From Thermoleophilia bacterium (GTDB lineage Bacteria > Actinomycetota > Thermoleophilia > Gaiellales > JAICJC01): a stretch of 64,000 bases of DNA. Position 1 is the first letter of the stretch, and the number at the start of each line of letters is the position of its first letter. The stretch is taken from assembly GCA_025934255.1 (NCBI GenBank), contig JAICYJ010000009.1:2804-66803 (forward strand). Reading direction: 5' to 3'. Shown here one piece after another: positions 56,636-64,000 of this stretch. The position numbers and the translations under genes were made by a program. The notes below the pieces were generated by a model. The model did not search any database. It was given only the letters and a program-made list of their open reading frames with translations, and was not told where the DNA came from.

Positions 56636-56641
56636 TAGAAT
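56636..56641 (+). promoter_or_regulatory. -10 box TAGAAT, 6 nt upstream of the ATG (leaderless Asp23 gene)
   Basis: TAGAAT-tcacgc-ATG(56648). Confidence 0.45.
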
Positions 56642-56647
56642 TCACGC

Positions 56648-57016
56648 ATGCACGACGGACCCGGCGACGCTCCGGTCGAGTCGATCCACTCGGCCGCCGC
56701 CAGTGCGCACATCAGCCACGCCGTGATCGCCACCTACGCGGCGGCGGCGGCGATCGAGGTCGCCGGAGTGCACGCGATCGCCGGCGGCCAGCCGGGCGGC
56801 GTCGACCCCGACCGCGTTCCCAAGGGCGTCCGCATCAGCTCCGACGGCGACGCCGTGGGGCTGGAGCTGCACCTCGTCACCGAGTGGGGGGCCAGCATCC
56901 CGACCGTGGCCGGCCAGGTCACGAGCCACGTGCGCGACTACCTAGTGTCGATGATCGAGCTCGAGCCCTCCTCGGTGGCGGTCGTGATCGACGACGTCGC
57001 GCCGCCCGCATCATGA
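56648..57016 (+). CDS. Asp23/Gls24 family envelope stress protein
   Basis: 122 aa with the ISHAVIATYAAAAAIEVAGV...VGLELHLVTEWGASIP pattern. Confidence 0.85.
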   Translation: MHDGPGDAPVESIHSAAASAHISHAVIATYAAAAAIEVAGVHAIAGGQPGGVDPDRVPKGVRISSDGDAVGLELHLVTEWGASIPTVAGQVTSHVRDYLVSMIELEPSSVAVVIDDVAPPAS

Positions 57017-57624
57017 CCGGCGTCGAGCATCTGAACGGTGCCACCGTCGGCGTCGCGCCGGTGCCGTGCCGCGACTGCATGTGGTGGCAGACGCGGCCCG
57101 GCGGCAAGCCGGGCGACCGGCAGCGATGGAAGCGGGAGCTGGAGGACGGGTTCGGACCATGGGGCAAGCTGTACGTCGAGGACGATCGCGTGATCGGGCT
57201 GATCCAGTACGGGCCCAGCGACCGGTTCGCCCGCGCCCGCCACCTGCCGGCCGGGCCGCCCGGCCGTGACGCGGTGCTGGTGACGTGCGCCTACCTGACC
57301 GACGCCCACAGCCCGTGGGTGCTGCAGAGCCTGTTCCTGGCCGCGATCGGGGAGTGCCGCGACCGCGGGCTGCCTGCGCTGGAGGCGTTCGGCTACCGGT
57401 TCCCGCCCGACGAGGGGTTCGCCGCGCGGTTTCTCGGCCACCGCACGATCTTCCCCGCCGACTTCCTGCGCGACCTCGGCTTCCACCCGCAGCGCAGCGC
57501 CGGGCGCGTCTCGCTGGAGCGGCTGGATCTGCGCGCCATCGAGCGGGCTCCGGACGAGAGCCGCCTGGCCCGGCTGCGGAGCCGTCTGGCGGTGGTGCCG
57601 GCGACGCCGGCTGGCGTCAGGTGA
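57013..57624 (+). CDS. hypothetical protein (CxxC near the N-terminus; possibly acetyltransferase-fold)
   Basis: ATGA overlap with the Asp23 gene. MTGVEHLNGATVGVAPVPCRDCMWWQTRPGG... The longer track ORF is an upstream extension. Confidence 0.65.
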   Translation: MTGVEHLNGATVGVAPVPCRDCMWWQTRPGGKPGDRQRWKRELEDGFGPWGKLYVEDDRVIGLIQYGPSDRFARARHLPAGPPGRDAVLVTCAYLTDAHSPWVLQSLFLAAIGECRDRGLPALEAFGYRFPPDEGFAARFLGHRTIFPADFLRDLGFHPQRSAGRVSLERLDLRAIERAPDESRLARLRSRLAVVPATPAGVR

Positions 57625-57631
57625 ACCACCG

Positions 57632-58264
57632 GTGCACAATCGACGAATGACCGATCGCAGGCCAGGAAGGGATCCCAGCACGGAACATCTGTCCGATCAC
57701 GGACTGCTCGCGCTCACGGCGCGAGGCGATCGGGACGCGTTCGCCCGTCTGTACGACATGTACGGCGGCGCGGCCTACGCGCTCGCCTTGCGCATCGTGC
57801 GTGACCGCGAGCTGTCGGCGGATGTGGTGCAGGATGCATTCCTGACCGTGTGGAGGCAGGCATCGAAGTTCGACCCCGCGCGTGGCCAACCCTCGAGCTG
57901 GATACTGACATTGACCCATCACAAGGCCGTCGACACCGTGCGCCGCGAGCAGCGGCGCCGCGCCGAGGCGCTCGACGAGGCGCGCGAAAGCGTCGATCCC
58001 GCGCCCGCCGTGGAGCAGCAGGCCTGGCAGAGCGTGGCCCGCGACCAGGTGCGGTCGGCCATGGCGAAGCTGCCCGATCCTCACCGCGAGGTGCTGGAGC
58101 TGGCCTACTTCGCCGGATACACCCAGTCCGAGCTGGCCGAGCGGCTGGCGCTGCCGATCGGCACGGTCAAGAGCCGCACATTCGCCGCGATGACGGCCCT
58201 GCGCGAGCTGCTGGCCCAGTCGGGCCTGAACCCGGAGCATGAGTGGAACACGTCGACGAGCTGA
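57632..58264 (+). CDS. sigK: ECF RNA polymerase sigma factor (SigK-like)
   Basis: Region 2 (FARLYDMYGGAAYALALRIVRD, DVVQDAFL) and region 4 (YTQSELAERLALPIGTVKSR). Confidence 0.85.
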   Translation: MHNRRMTDRRPGRDPSTEHLSDHGLLALTARGDRDAFARLYDMYGGAAYALALRIVRDRELSADVVQDAFLTVWRQASKFDPARGQPSSWILTLTHHKAVDTVRREQRRRAEALDEARESVDPAPAVEQQAWQSVARDQVRSAMAKLPDPHREVLELAYFAGYTQSELAERLALPIGTVKSRTFAAMTALRELLAQSGLNPEHEWNTSTS

Positions 58265-58911
58265 TCTCGGGCTACACCCTGCACGGCCTCGATGCCGCCG
58301 ACGAGCGGCTGGTGCTCGAGCACGTCGAGACCTGCGAGCGCTGCCGCGTGCAGCTGCGCGAGATGGAGGCGGTGGCAGCGGCGCTGGCCTTCGCAGCCCC
58401 CCAGGCCGAGCCGCCGCCGGAGCTGCGCGACCGGCTGCTGGAGGTGATCGGCCCCGAGGTGGTGCCGAGCACGCCGCCGGAGGCACCGCCAGAGCGCCGC
58501 GCCCGCTGGTCGTGGTGGCCGCGCTTCTCGGCGGTGGCCGTGCCGATGCTCGCAGTGGCGGTGATCGCGCTCGCGGTCTGGAACATCTCGCTGCGCGGCG
58601 ACGTCAAGGACGCCGACGTGCGGTCAGTGGCGCCGATCGCGAACGTGGGCAGCGTGGTCTCGTTCAGCGGCGGGCAGGCGACGGTGTTCGGCGGGCTGAA
58701 GCCGGCGCCGGCCGATCACACCTACGAGGCCTGGGTGATCCCCAAGGGCGAGACCGTGCCGCAGGCGGCCGGCACGTTCGCGGGCGGCAACGACATGTCG
58801 TTCACGCTCACGCGCGACGCCTCGGCCGGCGACACGATCGTGATCACGCTCGAGCCGGGCTCCGGCGGCCCGGCGCCGAAGGGCCCGGTCGTGGGCAAGA
58901 CGTCGATCTAG
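58243..58911 (+). CDS. rskA: anti-sigma-K factor RskA-like
   Basis: zf-HC2-like HVETCERC, one TM segment, C-terminal YEAWVIPKGETVPQAAGTF. 22-nt overlap with the sigma gene. Confidence 0.8.
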   Translation: MEHVDELISGYTLHGLDAADERLVLEHVETCERCRVQLREMEAVAAALAFAAPQAEPPPELRDRLLEVIGPEVVPSTPPEAPPERRARWSWWPRFSAVAVPMLAVAVIALAVWNISLRGDVKDADVRSVAPIANVGSVVSFSGGQATVFGGLKPAPADHTYEAWVIPKGETVPQAAGTFAGGNDMSFTLTRDASAGDTIVITLEPGSGGPAPKGPVVGKTSI

Positions 58912-58914
58912 CGA

Positions 58915-59367
58915 CTACCGCACCAGGAACGCCAGCGTGCCGGCCACGATGCTGGCCGAGATCACCACGCGCGCGCTGCGGGCAGGGTCGGGCAGGTGCA
59001 GCGACACCGAGATCGGCTCGCGCCTGCGGACCTGGCGGCGCCGCGTCAGCCGCAGACGCGCGGCCGCGGACACGCGCTGGGCGGTGGGCGCGAGCAGCTC
59101 GTCGACGCGGTACGGCCCGTGCGGATCCTGGTCGTGGCCGTGGTCGACGCAGGTGAACCCGGTTCGCGACTCGGCCACCTCACCCAGGCAGCGGGGGCAG
59201 GCCTGAGCGGCCGGCTGGAACGGCTGCCAGCGGCGGCGGCCGCAGCGCCGCCGGTCGGCGGTGGTCAGGAGCTGGTGGGGCTTCCACGTCCCGTGCTCGT
59301 CGCACGTGCCGGCGGGTGCCGGCCGGATGCAGACCGGGCACAGGTGACCGCGCGCGGCCAGCCTCAA
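58915..59367 (-). CDS. hypothetical Cys-rich protein with C-terminal TM helix
   Basis: TTG start overlapping the asd stop (TTGA). HLCPVC...C and CPRC...C pairs. C-terminal VVISASIVAGTLAFLV. The start is uncertain. Confidence 0.45.
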   Translation of the reverse strand: MRLAARGHLCPVCIRPAPAGTCDEHGTWKPHQLLTTADRRRCGRRRWQPFQPAAQACPRCLGEVAESRTGFTCVDHGHDQDPHGPYRVDELLAPTAQRVSAAARLRLTRRRQVRRREPISVSLHLPDPARSARVVISASIVAGTLAFLVR

Positions 59368-60401
59368 GCCACGCGCTCCTGCTGGGGGACACGGATCAGG
59401 TTGCGCCGTACCAGCAGCTCGGCGATCTGCACGCCGTTCAGCGCAGCGCCCTTGCGCAGGTTGTCGGCGACCACCCACAGGGCAAGCCCGTTGCGGCGCG
59501 ACCCGTCCTCGCGGATGCGGCCGACCAGCACGTCGTCGCCGCCGGCGGCTTCGCTGGGCGTGGGATAGCCGGCGGCGGACGGGTCGTCCACCACGCGCAC
59601 GCCGGGCGCCGCCTCCAGCAGCTGCCGGGCCTCGTCGGCGGCCAGCGGCCGCTCCGTCTCGATCCAGACCGCCTCGGAGTGCGAACGCCAGACCGGCACG
59701 CGCACACAGGTGGCGCTGATGCCGATGCCGTCGTCCCCCAGGATCTTGTGGGTCTCCTTGATCAGCTTGGTCTCCTCGAAGGTGTCGGGCCCGTCGAACG
59801 CGTCGCAGTGCGGCAGCACGTTGAACGCGATCGGGTGAGGGTACACGCTCGCCTGGACATCGCCGCCCCCAAGCGCCGCCGCAGACTGCTCCCGCAGCTC
59901 CTCCATCGCCCGTTTGCCGGTGCCCGAGACCGCCTGGTAGGTGGCGACCGTGACGTTGCGGATGCGGGCCCGGTCGTGCAGCGGCTTCAGCGCCACCACC
60001 AGCTGGATGGTGGAGCAGTTGGGGTTGGAGATGATGCCCCGGTGGCCGTCGGCCGCCTCCGGGTTCACCTCGGGCACGACCAGCGGCACCTGCGGGTCCA
60101 TGCGGAAGGCGCTGGACTTGTCGATCACCATGCAGCCCCGCTTGACCGCCTCCGGCGCGTAGCGCCTGGAGGTACCGGCGCCGGCCGAGAACAGGGCCAG
60201 GTCAAAGCCCGCCAGCGAGTCATCGGTCAGCTCCCGCACCTCCAGCTGCTCGCCGGCGAAGCCGACCCGGCTGCCGGCGGAGCGGGCGGAGGCGAACGGC
60301 ACCACAGCGGCCGCCGGGAACCCGCGTTCGGCCAGGATCGCCAGCACCTCGGGGCCGACCGCACCGGTCGCCCCGACCACGGCTACGCGCGGATCAGGCA
60401 T
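59364..60401 (-). CDS. asd: aspartate-semialdehyde dehydrogenase
   Basis: [11 protein letters not shown] and NPNCSTIQ (catalytic Cys). Confidence 0.95.
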   Translation of the reverse strand: MPDPRVAVVGATGAVGPEVLAILAERGFPAAAVVPFASARSAGSRVGFAGEQLEVRELTDDSLAGFDLALFSAGAGTSRRYAPEAVKRGCMVIDKSSAFRMDPQVPLVVPEVNPEAADGHRGIISNPNCSTIQLVVALKPLHDRARIRNVTVATYQAVSGTGKRAMEELREQSAAALGGGDVQASVYPHPIAFNVLPHCDAFDGPDTFEETKLIKETHKILGDDGIGISATCVRVPVWRSHSEAVWIETERPLAADEARQLLEAAPGVRVVDDPSAAGYPTPSEAAGGDDVLVGRIREDGSRRNGLALWVVADNLRKGAALNGVQIAELLVRRNLIRVPQQERVA

Positions 60402-60897
60402 GCGCCGCCCCGCTCTGGGCCAGCTCCAGCTCGACCTGGAACGCGTCGTGCAGCGCCAGCACCGCCTCGTCCACCTTGTCGCGGGCGATCACGCAGGACA
60501 CCTTGATCGGAGAGGTGGCGATCATGCGCACGTTGATGCCGTGGTCGGCCAGGGTCTGGAACATGCGTGCGGCCACCCCCGGATGGCTCTTCATGCCGGC
60601 GCCGATCATGCTGATCTTGCCGGCGGTGTCGTCCACGCCCCAGTGCAGCCCCAGAACACGGCAGAGCCCCTCGATGGTGTCGGTCATCAGCGGCAGGTCG
60701 TCGCGCGGGATCGAGAAGGTGACGTCGGCGTCACCGTGGGTGACGGCGTTCTGGATGATCGTGTCGACGTTGATGCCGGCAGCGGCCACGGCATTGAAGA
60801 TGCCGGCCGCGGTGCCGGGCTTGTCGGGCACGTCGGTCAGCGTCACGTACGCCTCGTCGACGGTGTGGGTGATGCCGGAGATGATCGCGTCTTCCAT
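60394..60897 (-). CDS. lysC: aspartate kinase beta subunit from an in-frame internal start
   Basis: Internal ATG ([11 protein letters not shown]...) preceded by GGGAGGA 7 nt upstream. This is the position homologous to the known corynebacterial/mycobacterial beta-subunit start. Confidence 0.45.
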   Translation of the reverse strand: MEDAIISGITHTVDEAYVTLTDVPDKPGTAAGIFNAVAAAGINVDTIIQNAVTHGDADVTFSIPRDDLPLMTDTIEGLCRVLGLHWGVDDTAGKISMIGAGMKSHPGVAARMFQTLADHGINVRMIATSPIKVSCVIARDKVDEAVLALHDAFQVELELAQSGAAHA

Positions 60898-61656
60898 GCT
60901 CGGGTCCTCCCGTATCCAGGTCCCCTCCGTGCCGGAGAAGGTCGAACGAACGTGGATCGGAACGCCGTGGTTGCGGGCGAACTCCACCGATCGTAGCTGC
61001 AGCACGCGCGCGCCCGATCCGGCCATCTCGAGCATCTCCAGCGGCGACACCCTGGCCAGCTTGCGCGCGTCCGGCACGATCCGCGGGTCGGCCGTGTAGA
61101 CGCCCTCGACGTCGGTGTAGATCTCACAGTCGCCGCCCAGCGCCGCCGCCAGCGCCACGGCGGTCAGGTCAGACGCGCCGCGCCCGAGCGTGGTCACGTC
61201 GTAGGCGGTGGACACGCCCTGGAAGCCGGCCACCAGCACGATCATGCCCGCGTCCAGCGCCTCCGTGATGCGCTTCGGCCGGATGTCCACGATCTTCGCG
61301 TTCGTGTGCCGGGTGTCGGTGACGATGCCGGCCTGAGACCCGGTCAGCGACACGGCCCGGTGGCCCATGTCCTCGATCGCCATCGCGCAGAGGGCGGCCG
61401 TGATGCGCTCTCCGGTGGAGAGCAGCATGTCCATCTCGCGCGGGTGCGGGCGCGGCGACACCTCGGCCGCCAGCGCGGCCAGCGTGTCGGTGGTCTCGCC
61501 CATCGCCGATACCACGCCGACGGTCGGCCGGCCGGTCTCGTGAGTCGCGACCATGCGCCGGGCGACGTTGCGGATCTTGTCGGTGTCGGCGACGGAGGTG
61601 CCGCCGAACTTCATCACGTTGACGCGCCCGACCTGGGCGGTTGCAGGGTCTTTCAC
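60394..61656 (-). CDS. lysC: aspartate kinase (alpha form)
   Basis: KFGGTSVAD and two ACT domains. The exact start is uncertain (GTG 61656 versus ATG 61614). Confidence 0.93.
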   Translation of the reverse strand: MKDPATAQVGRVNVMKFGGTSVADTDKIRNVARRMVATHETGRPTVGVVSAMGETTDTLAALAAEVSPRPHPREMDMLLSTGERITAALCAMAIEDMGHRAVSLTGSQAGIVTDTRHTNAKIVDIRPKRITEALDAGMIVLVAGFQGVSTAYDVTTLGRGASDLTAVALAAALGGDCEIYTDVEGVYTADPRIVPDARKLARVSPLEMLEMAGSGARVLQLRSVEFARNHGVPIHVRSTFSGTEGTWIREDPSMEDAIISGITHTVDEAYVTLTDVPDKPGTAAGIFNAVAAAGINVDTIIQNAVTHGDADVTFSIPRDDLPLMTDTIEGLCRVLGLHWGVDDTAGKISMIGAGMKSHPGVAARMFQTLADHGINVRMIATSPIKVSCVIARDKVDEAVLALHDAFQVELELAQSGAAHA

Positions 61657-61680
61657 CGGTGCAGTGTAAAGAAGGGTGTC

Positions 61681-63093
61681 CTAGGACATGGTCGCCAGGA
61701 TGCCCGTCAGGTCGGAAACCGTGGTGCGCGGGTTGATGATCGCAAACCGTGTGCAGGGCTCGCCGTTGTGCGTCGTCGGGGTGACGAACGCGTATCCCTG
61801 GTCGAGCAGCCGCTGCGTCCAGGCGGCGTAGTCCTCGGCCGTCCACCCGACCCGCTTGAAGGTGAGCACGGTCAGGTCGGGCTCGACCAGCAGTTCCAGG
61901 TAGGGGCGGCTGCGGATCTCGTCGGCGCCGCGGCGCGCCACCTGCAGCGTCGACTCGATCGCGTCGCGGTAGCTGTCGCTGCCGTGCATGGCCAGCGAGA
62001 ACCAGAACGGCAGCCCGCGGGCGCGGCGGGACAGGTGCACTCCGTAGTCGGACGGGTTCCACTCGCCGGCGTCGTTGATCGCGTCGAGGTAGCCGGCGTG
62101 CTGGGTGTGGGCGCGGCGCGCCACCTCGGGGTCGCGGTAGACCAGTGCGCAGCAGTCGAACGGGCCGAACAGCCACTTGTGCGGGTCGACGATGAAGCTG
62201 TCGGCGTGCTCGATGCCGGTGAACAGGTGGCGCACCGACGGTGCGGCCAGGGCGGCCCCGCCGTAGGCGCCGTCGACGTGGAACCAGAGCCCGTACTCGC
62301 GGCAGACCTCGGCGATGCCGGCCAGGTCGTCGACGACGCCGAGGTTGGTGGTGCCGGACGTGGCCACGGCCGCGAACACCCCGTCGGCGCCCTCGCGCAC
62401 CAGCGCCTCGCGCAGGGCGGGGCCGGTCATGCGGCCGCGCTCATCCACCTGAACGAACAGCGGGTCGACGTCCATCACGTCGCGAAGCGCGTAGACGACG
62501 GAGCTGTGGGTCTGGTCGGTGACGGCCGCCCGCAGCCGCGGCGGCAGTGCGGCGCCGAGGCGCTCGCGCATGCCGTACCGGGCCGCCACCAGCGCCGACA
62601 GGTTGCCGACCGTGCCGCCCTGCACGAAGCAGCCGCCGGCCGCGGCCGGCATGCCCACCAGGTCGGCGATCCAGCGCAGCGCCTGGTTCTCGGCGTAGAC
62701 GGCGCCTGAGCTCTCCAGCCAGCTGCCGCCGTAGAGCGACGAGACGCTCAGCACCAGGTCGAACAGGGTGGCAACTTCGGTCGGGGCGCCGGGGATGAAG
62801 GCCAGGTAACGGGGGTGGTCGACCGACATCGTGGCCGGGGCCAGCACGTCCGTCCATACGCGCAGGGCCTGCTCGCCGCCCAGGCCGGAGGGCGTGATCG
62901 TCTGACCGGCCCGCCGGCCCAGCTCCTGCGCGTCCACCGGCCCGTCCAGCGGCGCGTCCATCCGCAGCCGGTCGAGGGCGATCCGCATCATCGACTGGGC
63001 CAGCGCCTCGGTCTCCTGGGAGTAGCGGTGCATGTCCATCGCTGCGCACTCTACGGCGTCGGGGAAGGGTCCGACTGCGGTCTTCGCGCTCAC
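61681..63093 (-). CDS. group II PLP-dependent amino-acid decarboxylase family protein
   Basis: HVDGAYGGAALA and SFIVDPHKWLF (PLP lysine). Confidence 0.88.
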   Translation of the reverse strand: MSAKTAVGPFPDAVECAAMDMHRYSQETEALAQSMMRIALDRLRMDAPLDGPVDAQELGRRAGQTITPSGLGGEQALRVWTDVLAPATMSVDHPRYLAFIPGAPTEVATLFDLVLSVSSLYGGSWLESSGAVYAENQALRWIADLVGMPAAAGGCFVQGGTVGNLSALVAARYGMRERLGAALPPRLRAAVTDQTHSSVVYALRDVMDVDPLFVQVDERGRMTGPALREALVREGADGVFAAVATSGTTNLGVVDDLAGIAEVCREYGLWFHVDGAYGGAALAAPSVRHLFTGIEHADSFIVDPHKWLFGPFDCCALVYRDPEVARRAHTQHAGYLDAINDAGEWNPSDYGVHLSRRARGLPFWFSLAMHGSDSYRDAIESTLQVARRGADEIRSRPYLELLVEPDLTVLTFKRVGWTAEDYAAWTQRLLDQGYAFVTPTTHNGEPCTRFAIINPRTTVSDLTGILATMS

Positions 63094-63680
63094 ATCTCGC
63101 GGCGGCCGCTGAACGCGCGGCCGAGGGTGACCTCGTCGGCGTACTCGAGGTCGCCGCCCACCGGCAGCCCGCTGGCCAGCCGCGTCACCCGGCAGCGGCC
63201 GCGCAGCCGGTCGGCGATGTAAACGGCGGTGGCCTCGCCGGTCATGGTCGGGTTGGTCGCCAGCACCACCTCGACGGCAGCGTTCGCCTCAACCCGCCGC
63301 AGCAGCTCGGCGATCCGAAGGTGCTCAGGGTCGACGCCGTCGATCGGCGACAGCGCGCCGCCCAGCACGTGGTAGACGCCGTGGTACTCGTGGGTGCGCT
63401 CGACCGCCACCACGTCGCTCGGGTCCTCGACCACGCAGATCACGGTGCGGTCGCGCCGGGCATCCGCACAGATCGAGCAGAGCGGCCCCTCCGCGAGGTT
63501 GAAGCACTCCTCGCAGACCCCGATCTTCTCCTTCACCTCGCGGATCGCGTCGGCCAGCGCCAGCGCCTGGTCGGGCGGCGAGCGCAGGATGTAGAAGGCC
63601 AGCCGCTGGGCCGTGCGCCGCCCGATGCCGGGCAGGCGGGCCAGCTGCGTGATCAGGTTCTCGACTGCAGGTGAGTACAC
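63090..63680 (-). CDS. recR: recombination protein RecR
   Basis: LPGIGRRTAQRLAF, zinc finger CEECFNLAEGPLCSIC, Toprim domain. Confidence 0.95.
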   Translation of the reverse strand: MYSPAVENLITQLARLPGIGRRTAQRLAFYILRSPPDQALALADAIREVKEKIGVCEECFNLAEGPLCSICADARRDRTVICVVEDPSDVVAVERTHEYHGVYHVLGGALSPIDGVDPEHLRIAELLRRVEANAAVEVVLATNPTMTGEATAVYIADRLRGRCRVTRLASGLPVGGDLEYADEVTLGRAFSGRREM

Positions 63681-63690
63681 ATCCGGCAGG

Positions 63691-64000
63691 CTACATACCA
63701 GGCAGGCCGAGCCCGCCCATGCCGCCCAGCTGCCCCATCATCTTCTGCTGCTGCAGCTGCTGGGCCGCGGTGATGGCGCCGTTCACGGCCGACACCAGCA
63801 GATCCTGCAGCATCTCCGGATCGTCAGGATCGATCGCCTCGGGCTTGATCGTGATGTCTGCCACCTCCAGCGCGCCCGACACCTTCACCGTCACCGCTCC
63901 GCCGCCGGCGGAGTGCTCGACGTAGGCCGTCTTCAGCTCCTCCTGCGCCTTCTCCATCTGAGCCTGCATCTGTCCCAGCTGCGCCATCATCTTGTTCGGA
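63691..64000 (-). CDS. ybaB: YbaB/EbfC nucleoid-associated protein (5' end at or beyond the window edge)
   Basis: MMAQLGQMQAQMEKAQEEL...GGGAVTVKVSG. The reading frame is still open at position 64000. Confidence 0.85.
   Translation of the reverse strand, partial: PNKMMAQLGQMQAQMEKAQEELKTAYVEHSAGGGAVTVKVSGALEVADITIKPEAIDPDDPEMLQDLLVSAVNGAITAAQQLQQQKMMGQLGGMGGLGLPGM

Noticed and set aside
1-64000. Looked for rRNA, tRNA, CRISPR arrays, transposases, integrases and phage genes
   Set aside because: No cloverleaf-like or rRNA-like stretches, no regularly spaced short repeats, and no recombinase-like ORFs were recognised. The only repeats are in-frame protein repeats and short operator-like motifs.

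Overview
Densely coding, very GC-rich (roughly 70 percent by eye, not computed; third codon positions are almost always G/C) actinobacterial-type chromosome segment. I recognised no rRNA, tRNA, CRISPR array, transposase or integrase. There are about 60 genes. The backbone is core metabolism and housekeeping: acyl/propionyl-CoA carboxylase (carboxyltransferase plus biotin carboxylase/BCCP), sucCD, mdh, citrate synthase, ATP-dependent PEPCK, a non-classical succinate dehydrogenase (SdhA, SdhB, CCG-domain subunit), recQ, sigK-rskA, ask-asd and recR-ybaB. Four blocks are accessory or unusual. (1) 1-6.6 kb is a lasso-type RiPP-like locus: an Asn-synthetase-like cyclase candidate, a 57-aa precursor candidate missing from the ORF track (canonical leader motif, non-canonical core), an ABC-2 exporter pair and a PqqD/RRE protein. 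It abuts a MOP flippase and a PAPS-type sulfotransferase, and the B2 leader protease is not in the window. (2) 14.2-23.1 kb holds PucR/Lrp-associated CoA-dependent catabolic genes. (3) 34.3-37.7 kb encodes a 1156-aa secreted DUF11-repeat/FN3 protein in which one repeat has foreign-looking codon usage. (4) 37.7-43.8 kb is a cyclic-nucleotide module: a tandem-cyclase/STAND-ATPase/TPR giant, an MFS transporter fused to a cNMP-binding domain, and a stand-alone cNMP-binding protein. Many genes carry a TANNNT -10 box 6-10 nt upstream of the start codon and so look leaderless. All functional calls come from my own reading of motifs in translated ORFs; no database search was run.
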